A stretch of 13,107 nucleotides of DNA from Polyangiaceae bacterium (GTDB lineage Bacteria; Myxococcota_A; Polyangia; Polyangiales; Polyangiaceae), in NCBI GenBank assembly GCA_044222475.1, contig JBGANF010000183.1:1-13107 (forward strand), in the 5' to 3' direction. The translations under genes and the position numbers were made by a program. This document shows positions 1-8,040 of this stretch, piece by piece. The stretch's first letter is position 1, and every line of letters starts with the position of its first letter. Under the pieces are notes generated by a model, which made no database searches, was not told the origin of the DNA, and was given only the letters and a program-made list of their open reading frames with translations.

Positions 1-584
1 AGATCCGACCGAGCGTCGATCTCCGGCGATGCGCGGGCCTGCTCGGGTGACACGTAGCCGGGCGTGCCGACGAGGATACCGGGCTGAGTCATCGGGCTCA
101 CCGAGTCGAGCATCCGCGCGATCCCGAAATCCAACAGGAGCGTGCGCGCCATCGACTCGCCGCGCGGGATCATGAGGTTGCCGGGCTTGAGATCGCGGTG
201 CACGACGCCGCGCGCGTGCGCTGCGCCGAGGGCGTCGGCCACTGCGATCCCCAGATCGACGGTGGCTTCGGCGCCGATCGCACCATCGCGCTTGAGGCGC
301 TCGCTGAGCGTCTCGCCGTCGACCCATCGCATCGCGAGGTAGGGCGTACCGCCTTCGACTCCGTGCGCGACGTACCCGACGATGCCGGGGTGCACGATCT
401 CGGCGAGGAGCTCGGCCTCGCGCACGAAGCGGTTCTCTCCGTCGGTCCCACCGTTGTGGAGGAGCTTCAGGGCGACGGTCTTCCCCGTCTTCTGGTCGCG
501 AGCCCGGTAGATCGCGGCCATGCCTCCGGCGCCGGCCCGATCTTCGATGACGAACCGATCTGCGATCAGCTGTCCGGGTTCCAC
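1..584 (-). CDS. Hanks-type (eukaryotic-like) Ser/Thr protein kinase, N-terminal part; runs off the left edge
   Basis: Translated by hand (absent from ORF track because no stop falls in the window). GTG at 584 with GAGGT 7 nt upstream gives MEPGQLIADRFVIEDRAGAGGMAAIYRARDQKTGKTVALKLL...RFVREAELL...HRDLKPGNL...LLDFGIAR...GTPGYVSPEQ...DARSD. Gly-loop, VAxK lysine, alphaC Glu, HRD catalytic loop, DFG and SPE motifs are all present. Confidence 0.95.
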   Translation of the reverse strand, partial: MEPGQLIADRFVIEDRAGAGGMAAIYRARDQKTGKTVALKLLHNGGTDGENRFVREAELLAEIVHPGIVGYVAHGVEGGTPYLAMRWVDGETLSERLKRDGAIGAEATVDLGIAVADALGAAHARGVVHRDLKPGNLMIPRGESMARTLLLDFGIARMLDSVSPMTQPGILVGTPGYVSPEQARASPEIDARSD

Positions 585-609
585 GTCACGACCTCAGCCG
601 ATCAGACTG

Positions 610-2175
610 TCATGGTGGGAGCTTGCACGCGAGCCCTGTTTCGAACACCGCCGGGGCCGCGCCGCGGTCGTCGCGGAAGAGGACGAGGACCGTCCCGTCG
701 GTCGCGAATGCGCCTCGCGGCGCGATGCTGTCACCGGCGGCGTTGGTCACCCGCACGGGCGCGCCGAGGTTTCCGAGGTCGGCCCAGAGCGTGCGGGCGT
801 AGAGCTCGAACCCCGAGTTTCCATCGCGATCGTCGGCGTAGAGGAAGAGCACCCGATCGCCGAGCGCGATGAGCGATGGGTCGCGCGACTGACCGGAGCT
901 GAGCGTTATGTTCGTCGCCGGGACGAGGACGATCCCGTCGCCGCTGACGACGGCGCCGTAGACGGCGCGCTTTCCCGACCGGGGGTCGAAGAACGCGGCG
1001 ACGTAGCTCGATCGATTGAACACGACGGTGGGCGCAACGCCTTGGAGCGCCCCGGGCGTGAGATCGATCGCGTCCGCCTTGGGCTTCATCGCGAACGTGA
1101 GCGGTTGGAACATCACCCGGTGGTCGGTTGCGTCGCCGCGGACCCAGACGAGCCCGAGCTCTCGGCGACCGGCGGCGATTGTCGGGCCTTGGTCGCCGTT
1201 CGAGCCGGAGGGCGGAGTGAGCGACACGATGTCACCGATGAGGTGGCCGTCGAGGTCGATGCGTTGTCCCAAAATGGTAAAGTCACCCGAGGCGAGCTCG
1301 TCCTGCCAGACGAGGTCGAACTCCTTGCCGGTCCACGTCAGCGACGGGTAGATCGAGAACCCCGGCTTGACGGTGATGCGCTCGTCACCGGGGGCCATCT
1401 TCTTCCCGTCCTTGTCGAGGAGGGCGAAGTAGATCTCGAAGTTGCCGTCGCGCCGATCGGCCCAGGCGACGCCGTAGCGGTCGCCGGTCCAGACGACGGC
1501 GGTGCCGCTTCCGCCGGCCACCGTCCCGGTCAGCGAGAGCGGCTTTCCCTGCGGATCGCCGAGGGCATCGAGCGGTTGCACGTAGGGGAAGAACTGACCC
1601 GCGGACGACGCGCCGTAGCTCGCGACGAGCCGCACCGAGCCGGCCGGGTCGCCGCGAACGATCGCCTCGGGCTCGGCCCACTCCGGCCCGACCGGGGAGA
1701 TCTGTCGGTCGTCGAGCTTCGGCGTGTACGTCGCGCCGTTGTCCACGATGCCGTCGCAGTCGTTGTCGGTCCCGTCGCAGATCTCTTTGTTTCCGGGGAA
1801 GGACGCCTTGTTTCGGTCGTCGCAGTCGTCACCGCACGATCCGGGCTCGCCGGGCTCGAACCCCACGATGGGGCCGCGGTGGCCGTCACCGTCGAGATCG
1901 TACGAGCTCGGCGTGAACACGCACTTGCCGGTCTTCTTGTCGCACTTGTCGGTGGTGCACGCGTCCTTGTCGTCGCAGACGGTGCGTGCCATCTCGACGC
2001 AGTCGTTGTCGATGCACTTGAACGTCGCGCACAGGTCCTTCGTCTTGCACTCGGAGTCCTGCAGGCAGACGATGAGGCCGGTGCGCGCGCCGCACCCTTC
2101 GCCCGCCGCCGCGAGCGCGAGCGCGATCACCGCGAGCGGTGCCAACTGCATCAGCGGTGCGAAGCGTCTCTTCAC
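610..2175 (-). CDS. Secreted/lipoprotein with Cys-rich N-terminus, MopE-like putative metal-binding motif and C-terminal beta-propeller-like repeat domain (~521 aa)
   Basis: GTG at 2175 overlaps the upstream TGA (GTGA); ATG at 2181 is an alternative start. Signal: KRR, hydrophobic stretch, then AGEGC. Motifs: CDDKDACTTDKCD (Dictyostelium CTDC-like), DLDGDG (DxDxDG), DCDDRNKASFPGNKEICDGTDNDCDGIVDNG (Cu-binding_MopE-like), then about seven ~50-aa repeats such as WTGDRYGVAWADRRDGNFEIYFALLD. Confidence 0.85.
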   Translation of the reverse strand: MKRRFAPLMQLAPLAVIALALAAAGEGCGARTGLIVCLQDSECKTKDLCATFKCIDNDCVEMARTVCDDKDACTTDKCDKKTGKCVFTPSSYDLDGDGHRGPIVGFEPGEPGSCGDDCDDRNKASFPGNKEICDGTDNDCDGIVDNGATYTPKLDDRQISPVGPEWAEPEAIVRGDPAGSVRLVASYGASSAGQFFPYVQPLDALGDPQGKPLSLTGTVAGGSGTAVVWTGDRYGVAWADRRDGNFEIYFALLDKDGKKMAPGDERITVKPGFSIYPSLTWTGKEFDLVWQDELASGDFTILGQRIDLDGHLIGDIVSLTPPSGSNGDQGPTIAAGRRELGLVWVRGDATDHRVMFQPLTFAMKPKADAIDLTPGALQGVAPTVVFNRSSYVAAFFDPRSGKRAVYGAVVSGDGIVLVPATNITLSSGQSRDPSLIALGDRVLFLYADDRDGNSGFELYARTLWADLGNLGAPVRVTNAAGDSIAPRGAFATDGTVLVLFRDDRGAAPAVFETGLACKLPP

Positions 2176-2666
2176 AGGCATGCGGCGTAGCCGGGGACGT
2201 CGATCGGCTCGCAGACGTAGCCGCTGGCACACTGGTTCTTCTGCTTGATGTCGCACAGGCGCGCGCACTGCGTGTCACCGCCGGTGATCAAGCAGACGTA
2301 GCCGGCGGCGCAGTTCGAGTGACCGTTGCAGCCTTCGCCCTGCTTCGCGGTCCCGGTCGGGATGCACAACGTGGCGTAGGTCTCGGGCTCGCACTTCGCG
2401 GTCGGGGCGAGCACCGCCGGGTAGCAACCCTCACCGGGGCCGCAGCCCTTCTGTGTCGTCACGTTGCACTCGGTGTACGTGAGCGGCGGCTTCTTGTTCG
2501 GGCACTGAGGGTCGACGAACCCGTTCCCATCGCCGGCGGCGTCCCGGTTGCGGCCCTGCGGCCCTGCGTCGTCGTCGGAGGTGGACGACCCGTCGTCCAC
2601 CATGCCTCCGCACGCCAGAGGCCCGAGCAAGAGCGCGGCCGTGGCCGCGAAAGCCAATCTCGTCAT
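2172..2666 (-). CDS. Cysteine-rich lipoprotein of unknown function (164 aa)
   Basis: MTRLAFAATAALLLGPLA|CGG lipobox, acidic/Gly-rich linker (DDGSSTSDDDAG), then 14 further Cys including the repeat CAAGYVC/CASGYVC. Stop overlaps the next gene's GTG. Confidence 0.85.
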   Translation of the reverse strand: MTRLAFAATAALLLGPLACGGMVDDGSSTSDDDAGPQGRNRDAAGDGNGFVDPQCPNKKPPLTYTECNVTTQKGCGPGEGCYPAVLAPTAKCEPETYATLCIPTGTAKQGEGCNGHSNCAAGYVCLITGGDTQCARLCDIKQKNQCASGYVCEPIDVPGYAACL

Positions 2667-2689
2667 GGGCTTCGAGCGTAGCACGTCGG

Positions 2690-3949
2690 CTACGTGGGTC
2701 CCGGGGCCTCGGACGGATCACGGGACGCCGAGCCTCGCGTGGCGAGGGCCATCATCACGCACGATCCAGCGAGGAGCGCCGAGGCCAGGAAGAACGGCGA
2801 TCCCACCGCGTGTCCGTCGCGGAGGCCCCACGCGTACACGCGGGTGAAGAGGGTGGGAGAGAAGATCCCAGCGAGCGCCATCGAGCTGGAGAGCGCGCCC
2901 TGGAGCTCGCCCTGGCGCTCGGGTCCGATCTCCTTCGTCATGAGGGACTGGGCGGCGGGGTTCGCGAGGCCCCAGAGCGCGTCGATCGGCATCACGAGCG
3001 AGAAGAGGAAGAGGGTCGGGGCGGCGCCGAACGCAGCGAGCCCGACGATGCCGCAGACCATGCCGTAGACGAGCGTCCGTCGCTCGCCGAGCCGGTCGAC
3101 GACCTTCTGCACGAGCAGACCCTGCACGACGGCGGAGAAGATGCCGACGAACGCGAGCGCGATCCCCACCGCGAGCGGGGAAGCCTGGTAGCGGTTCGCC
3201 ATGTAGAGGACGAACGTCGTCTGGTAGACGAACTGCGCGATGTTCGCGAGGAACGTCGCGCCCGAGATCCGAAGGAGGCGCGGCGTCGCGCCCAGGATGA
3301 TCAGCGAGAGAAACGGGTTGAGGCTGCGCCACGAGAACGGTGAGCGCTTGTCCTTCGGCAGCGACTCCGGGAGGACGAAGAACCCGTACGCCGCGTTGGC
3401 GAGGCTCAGCCCTGCCGCGACCCAGAACGGAAGGCGCGGGTGGACCTCGCCGAGGATTCCTCCGAGCGCCGGTCCGACGATGAAGCCGACGCCGAACGCG
3501 GCGCCGATCATGCCGAAGCCGCGCGCGCGCTTCTCCGGCGGGGTCACGTCGGAGATGTACGCGCCCGCGACCGAGAACGTCGCCGACGTGATGCCGGAGA
3601 CGAGGCGTCCGACGAAGAGGAGCGGAACCGTCTGGGCGAGGGCCATCACGACGTAGTCGAGACCGAGGCCCAGGTTCGAAAGGAGCACGATCGGTCGCCG
3701 CCCGAATCGATCGGACAGGGAGCCCAGGATGGGGGCGAAGCCGAACTGCATGCCGTTCCACGCCGACACGAACCACCCGTACGTCACCGCGGCCTTGGCC
3801 GCGTCGCCGCCTTCGAGCTGGATGAGCAACGGCGGGAGCACCGGCACGATCACGCCGAGCGCGAGCACGTCGAGCATCACCGTCACGAAGATGAACGTGA
3901 GCGCCGCAGCGCGGGCGCCGGCCGGTGGTTTCGAGTCCGTGTCGGTCAT
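2690..3949 (-). CDS. MFS drug:H+ antiporter, TetA/DHA1 (TCR/Tet) family (~419 aa)
   Basis: ATG at 3949 overlaps the upstream TGA (ATGA). TM1 VMLDVLALGVIVPVLP, motif A GSLSDRFGRRPIV, motif B LFVGRLVSGIT, motif C GFGMIGAAFGVGFIVGPALGG, PESL after TM6, C-half DRLGER and QGELQG; about 12 hydrophobic segments. Confidence 0.93.
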   Translation of the reverse strand: MTDTDSKPPAGARAAALTFIFVTVMLDVLALGVIVPVLPPLLIQLEGGDAAKAAVTYGWFVSAWNGMQFGFAPILGSLSDRFGRRPIVLLSNLGLGLDYVVMALAQTVPLLFVGRLVSGITSATFSVAGAYISDVTPPEKRARGFGMIGAAFGVGFIVGPALGGILGEVHPRLPFWVAAGLSLANAAYGFFVLPESLPKDKRSPFSWRSLNPFLSLIILGATPRLLRISGATFLANIAQFVYQTTFVLYMANRYQASPLAVGIALAFVGIFSAVVQGLLVQKVVDRLGERRTLVYGMVCGIVGLAAFGAAPTLFLFSLVMPIDALWGLANPAAQSLMTKEIGPERQGELQGALSSSMALAGIFSPTLFTRVYAWGLRDGHAVGSPFFLASALLAGSCVMMALATRGSASRDPSEAPGPT

Positions 3950-4602
3950 GCGCGAACGGGAGCCGCATCTAGCACGTCGAGCGCAGGCACGGGCTTGCCC
4001 TCTTCGACGAAGCGCTGACGCGCGAGCGCGCGTACTTCTTCGGTGATTCGCGCGAGGGCCGGCTCGTCGAGGTCGATCGCGGCGGCGTTGCCGCGGATCC
4101 ACGCGAGCGCCGCCGCGTCACACTGGAGCTCCGTCCACGCGCGCTCGACGAACGGCCCGTGGTTGTGGAAATGCGCCCAGTCGTGGAGGCCCCAGTAGAG
4201 GGCGTTCAGGTTGTCGGCCGCGAGCCACAGGAGCGATCGCGGCTCGACGCGTCGAGCCCACAGCTCGTCGGTCGCGTCGTCGATGGCGTAGGGAGCGAGC
4301 GCCCACTCTTCGCCGAGGCCCATCCCCGTCGCGTGGAGCGCGGCGAGCTCGCGCGGAAGAAAATCGCACGGCGCGTGGAACACGAACACCATGCGGGTGG
4401 GGTCGCTGCCGTCGAGCGGAGTCGTCGGGTCGAACGGTCGCGCGCTCGGCCGTCGCCACTCGAGGGTGGTGCTCGGCGTCCACGAGAATCCGTCGAACGT
4501 CGACTCCGGCACCACGCACGGAATCGGAGGCGTGGCAAGATGGAGACGCACTTGCGGCGACGGGTTCGGCGTCCCATTCGGATCGGTTGGCAGAACGGTC
4601 AC
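3946..4602 (-). CDS. Hypothetical protein with zincin-like HDWAHFHNH...ELQCDAAA motif
   Basis: 218-aa ORF of natural-looking composition whose TGA overlaps the MFS ATG. It fills the space between the MFS and the divergent sspB. Start uncertain: GTG 4602 (no SD, but lies just downstream of a TACGAT -10-like hexamer) or a later GTG/ATG. Confidence 0.75.
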   Translation of the reverse strand: MTVLPTDPNGTPNPSPQVRLHLATPPIPCVVPESTFDGFSWTPSTTLEWRRPSARPFDPTTPLDGSDPTRMVFVFHAPCDFLPRELAALHATGMGLGEEWALAPYAIDDATDELWARRVEPRSLLWLAADNLNALYWGLHDWAHFHNHGPFVERAWTELQCDAAALAWIRGNAAAIDLDEPALARITEEVRALARQRFVEEGKPVPALDVLDAAPVRA

Positions 4603-4604
4603 GA

Positions 4605-4620
4605 GCCATCGTACGATGGC
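4605..4620. promoter_or_regulatory. Perfect 16-bp palindrome GCCATCGTACGATGGC in the divergent intergenic gap; candidate bidirectional -10 element and/or operator
   Basis: Sequence equals its own reverse complement. It carries TACGAT on both strands (+4612-4617; -4613..4608). A TTGGCA -35-like hexamer lies at +4587-4592 (19-bp spacer). Confidence 0.55.
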
Positions 4621-4631
4621 GGGGTCGAATC

Positions 4632-5285
4632 ATGGAACAGCGCGACGAGAAGAAGCAGGTCCTGTCGGAGGCGCTCGATGGCGCGCCGACGGTGTTCCTC
4701 CACCTCGACGCGCGTCGCGAGGGCGTCAAGGTGCCCGAGAACCACCGGACGAACCCCCAGCTGATATTGCGTGTAGGATACATGCTCACGCCGCCCATCA
4801 ACCTGGACCTCGGGGACGAAGCGGTGACGTGCACGCTCAGCTTCAACCGCGCGCCGTTCTTCTGCGTGATCCCGTGGGACGCGATCTACGCGGTCGTCGG
4901 TGACGACGGGCGCGCCGCGGTCTGGCCGGACGACATCCCCCCGGAGGCGGCCCGCCTCAAGGAGGCCGTGCACCGGACCCCGGCGCTCACCGCCGTTCCA
5001 TCCGGCGAGGGCGACGCCTCGACGCGCCCGCTCGCCGCCGCGAAGGCGCCCGCCGGCGCCAAGCCGGGCGAGGGCAAGTCGGCCAAGCGGAACGGAAGGG
5101 CGAAGGAGCGTCCGGGCCCCACCGTTCGCGAGCGGCCCGTGAACGTGGCCCCATCGCCTCCCGCATCGCCGGGAGACAGCGCGCCGGACCCGGCGTCCAC
5201 CGCCAGCGAGCGCGAGACCCCCGCGCCGGTCGCCGAGCGGAAGCCCAAGCGAGAGCTTCCGCCGTACCTCCGGGTCATCAAATAG
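4632..5285 (+). CDS. sspB: ClpXP protease specificity-enhancing factor SspB-family protein (217 aa)
   Basis: N-domain [16 protein letters not shown]...LILRVG...[21 protein letters not shown] resembles the SspB fold. It is followed by a long Pro/Ala/charged linker and ends PPYLRVIK, matching the ClpX-binding tail (E. coli ...PALRVVK). Confidence 0.9.
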   Translation: MEQRDEKKQVLSEALDGAPTVFLHLDARREGVKVPENHRTNPQLILRVGYMLTPPINLDLGDEAVTCTLSFNRAPFFCVIPWDAIYAVVGDDGRAAVWPDDIPPEAARLKEAVHRTPALTAVPSGEGDASTRPLAAAKAPAGAKPGEGKSAKRNGRAKERPGPTVRERPVNVAPSPPASPGDSAPDPASTASERETPAPVAERKPKRELPPYLRVIK

Positions 5286-5301
5286 AGTAGAACCGCCGCG
5301 A

Positions 5302-6507
5302 ATGCGGTTTCGGGGCTTGCTCATCGCGATCGTCGTGGTCGGTGCGTTGCTCGCGCTCGACTTCGGCATGGAGCGGGTCATCACCGACAGCTCGATCCGC
5401 AACCTCTTGTTCATCGCCGCGGTGAACGTCCTCGCTGCGCTCTCGTTGAACGTCATCAACGGAATGGCCGGTCAGTTCTCGATCGGGCACGCCGGCTTCA
5501 TCGCCCTCGGCGCGTACACCAGCGCGATCGTGGGCGCGCACCTGCACGACGCGCTCGCCGCGTCCCAGCTCCACACCACCGATCCGGACGCCCTCGCCGC
5601 GTTCGACCCGACGTTCGCGAACTCGTTCATCGTGATGCCGGTGTGCATCCTCGCCGCGGCCGCGGTCGCCGGGCTCTTCGGGTTCATCGTCGGTCTGCCG
5701 AGCCTGCGCCTTCGCGGCGACTACCTCGCGATCGTGACGCTCGGCTTCGCCGAGGTCGTGCGTCTCGTGATCTCGACCGCCGGGCTCGGCGAGCCGGAGA
5801 CGATCTCCCACGCGTGGCGCGTCGTCCGCGGACCGAGCACCTTCTTCCATGCCCTGTCGGTGATGATCCGCAGCCTCGGCGGTGAGAACGGCTACATGGG
5901 CACGAGCCCGAGCGGTCTGCCGCTGTACGCCGGCCCGTTCTGGGTCTTCGGCATGACGATCCTCGTCGCCGTCGCCGCGTGGCGACTCAAGTTCTCGAGC
6001 TGGGGTCGCGCTCTGCGCGCGCTCCGCGAAGACGAGATCGCCGCCGCCGCCGTCGGCGTCGACCCGACGAAATACAAGGTGCGCTCGTTCGTCATCTCGG
6101 CGATGGGGGCGAGCGTCGCCGGCTCGATGCTCGCGCTCATGCACGACGGCACGGGGAGCGTGAACCCCGGTGACTTCAAGATGGACAAGAGCTTCGAGGC
6201 GATCACGATGGTGATCCTCGGCGGCAGCGGCAGCATCAGCGGCGCCATCATGGGCGGGCTCTTCGTCACGTTCACGGTGAAGTTCATCGAGTACTTCCAG
6301 AACACCGACGCGGGGAACGCGCTCCGCGGTCCTCACGACCTCGGCTTCACCCACCTCACCGTGGATCTCAACGCGCTGCGGATGATGATCTACGCCGCGG
6401 TCCTCGTCGCGGTCGTCATCCTTCGCCCCGAGGGCCTGTTCGGCGAGCGCGAGCTCTCGGCGAAGAAGATCGGCGCGTGGTTCAAGCAGCGCTTCGGGAA
6501 GGCGTGA
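5302..6507 (+). CDS. livM: Branched-chain amino acid (HAAT family) ABC transporter permease
   Basis: [80 protein letters not shown] and LRPEGLFG are LivM-type motifs. Confidence 0.93.
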   Translation: MRFRGLLIAIVVVGALLALDFGMERVITDSSIRNLLFIAAVNVLAALSLNVINGMAGQFSIGHAGFIALGAYTSAIVGAHLHDALAASQLHTTDPDALAAFDPTFANSFIVMPVCILAAAAVAGLFGFIVGLPSLRLRGDYLAIVTLGFAEVVRLVISTAGLGEPETISHAWRVVRGPSTFFHALSVMIRSLGGENGYMGTSPSGLPLYAGPFWVFGMTILVAVAAWRLKFSSWGRALRALREDEIAAAAVGVDPTKYKVRSFVISAMGASVAGSMLALMHDGTGSVNPGDFKMDKSFEAITMVILGGSGSISGAIMGGLFVTFTVKFIEYFQNTDAGNALRGPHDLGFTHLTVDLNALRMMIYAAVLVAVVILRPEGLFGERELSAKKIGAWFKQRFGKA

Positions 6508-6508
6508 C

Positions 6509-7282
6509 ATGTCGCTCGTCCTGAAGAACGTCACGAAGAACTTCGGCGGTCTCCGCGCCGTCGGCGACGTCTCGTTCACCGTGCCCGACAAGAGCATCTT
6601 CGGCCTGATCGGCCCGAACGGCGCCGGCAAGACGACGGTGTTCAACCTGATCACCGGCGTCTACAAACACGACGTCGGCTCGATCCACTTCGGCAAGACC
6701 GACCTCTTGCCGCTCAAGCCGTCGCAGATCGCGGGCGTCGGCATCGGTCGCACGTTCCAGAACATCCGCCTGTTCGGTCAGCTCACCGTGATGGAGAACC
6801 TGCTCGTCGCCGGCGAGCTCTCGAAGAAGAGCGGTTTGTTCTCTGGCCTCCTCCGCACGCCCACCCACTACAGTGAAGAGAAGCGGCTCACGAAGAAAGC
6901 CGAAGAGCTGCTCGACGTCTTCAAGCTGAAGGACCTGAAGGACGCACCGTCGACGTCGCTCCCGTACGGCAACCAGAGGCGCCTCGAGATCTGCCGCGCC
7001 ATGATGCTCGAGCCGAAGCTGCTCCTCCTCGACGAGCCGGCCGCCGGCATGAACTACGGCGAAGCCGAAGGTCTCAAGGAGCAGATCCGGTGGCTGCGCG
7101 AGACGTTCTCGATCGCGGTCGTGCTCGTCGAGCACAACATGCAGGTCGTCATGGGCGTCTGCGAGGAGATCCACGTCCTCGATCACGGCGAGACGATCGC
7201 TCACGGCGTACCGAGCGAGATCAAGGCACACCCCAAGGTCATCGCGGCGTACCTGGGCGAGGAGACGGCCGAGGCCTCCTGA
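6509..7282 (+). CDS. livG: Branched-chain amino acid ABC transporter ATP-binding protein
   Basis: FGGLRAV, Walker [18 protein letters not shown], degenerate signature [10 protein letters not shown], Walker [12 protein letters not shown]-loop VEH, C-terminal AYLG. Confidence 0.95.
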   Translation: MSLVLKNVTKNFGGLRAVGDVSFTVPDKSIFGLIGPNGAGKTTVFNLITGVYKHDVGSIHFGKTDLLPLKPSQIAGVGIGRTFQNIRLFGQLTVMENLLVAGELSKKSGLFSGLLRTPTHYSEEKRLTKKAEELLDVFKLKDLKDAPSTSLPYGNQRRLEICRAMMLEPKLLLLDEPAAGMNYGEAEGLKEQIRWLRETFSIAVVLVEHNMQVVMGVCEEIHVLDHGETIAHGVPSEIKAHPKVIAAYLGEETAEAS

Positions 7283-8040
7283 TGCGCGTCGCCCACCCCA
7301 CGCGATCGAAGGTCGTCGTTCCCGGAGGAGGCCCGCTCCTCGAGGTTCACGATCTGCGCGTCGAGTACGGCGGGATCAAAGCGCTCAAGGGGATTTCGCT
7401 CCGCGTCTTCGCCGGCGAGATCGTCGCGATGATCGGCGCGAACGGGGCAGGGAAGACGACGACGCTGAAGACGATCGCCGGTCTGCTCCCGGTCGCGGGA
7501 GGTCAGGTCTCGTTCGCGAACAAGTCGATCCTCGGCCGCTCGACCGAGGATCTCGTGGCGAGCGGCATCTCCCTCGTCCCCGAGGGGCGAGCGATCTTCC
7601 CGAACCTCACCGTGCGCGAGAACCTCGAGCTCGGCGCGTATCTTCACCGCGACGCGAAGTGCATCGACGAGTCCCTCGCCGACGTGACGCAGCTCTTCCC
7701 CCGCCTCGGCGAGCGCATGAGCCAGGAGGGCGGCACGCTCTCCGGCGGCGAGCAGCAGATGCTCGCCATCGGGCGCGCGATGATGGCGCGTCCGTCGCTG
7801 CTCTTGCTCGACGAGCCGTCGCTCGGGATCGCGCCGAAGCTCGTCCAGCAGATCTTCGAGGCGATCAAAACGATCGCGGCCGCCGGGGTCACCATCCTGG
7901 TGGTGGAGCAGAACACCCGCATCGCGCTGCAGACGAGCAAGCGAGCGTACGTGCTGCGCACCGGGGAGATCGCCCTCGAAGGGGCGAGCGAAGAGCTGGC
8001 GAAGAACGAAGAAATCCGGGCGGCGTACCTCGGAGGCTGA
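7282..8040 (+). CDS. livF: Branched-chain amino acid ABC transporter ATP-binding protein
   Basis: ATG at 7282 overlaps the livG stop (TGATG). GANGAGKT, VPEGRAIF, LSGGEQQMLAIGRAMM, LLLLDEPSLG, VEQN (the usual LivF Gln at the H-loop), AYLGG. Confidence 0.95.
   Translation: MRVAHPTRSKVVVPGGGPLLEVHDLRVEYGGIKALKGISLRVFAGEIVAMIGANGAGKTTTLKTIAGLLPVAGGQVSFANKSILGRSTEDLVASGISLVPEGRAIFPNLTVRENLELGAYLHRDAKCIDESLADVTQLFPRLGERMSQEGGTLSGGEQQMLAIGRAMMARPSLLLLDEPSLGIAPKLVQQIFEAIKTIAAAGVTILVVEQNTRIALQTSKRAYVLRTGEIALEGASEELAKNEEIRAAYLGG

Noticed and set aside
520..2190. 556-aa plus-strand ORF (also 198-872 + and others)
   Set aside because: Antisense shadow of motif-bearing minus-strand genes. R/V/D/A-rich with no domain signature; expected from strong GC3 codon bias.
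2690..3949. Calling the MFS an acquired tetA resistance gene
   Set aside because: Family motifs do not establish the substrate. There is no adjacent tetR or mobile context, and composition matches neighbouring genes.
7090..7281. Upstream extensions of ORF-track calls (livF from 7090; similarly 8099, 9090, 4102, 4587, 2268, 12539)
   Set aside because: They overlap neighbouring genes or non-coding elements. Downstream starts fit family N-termini, stop/start coupling or SD signals better.
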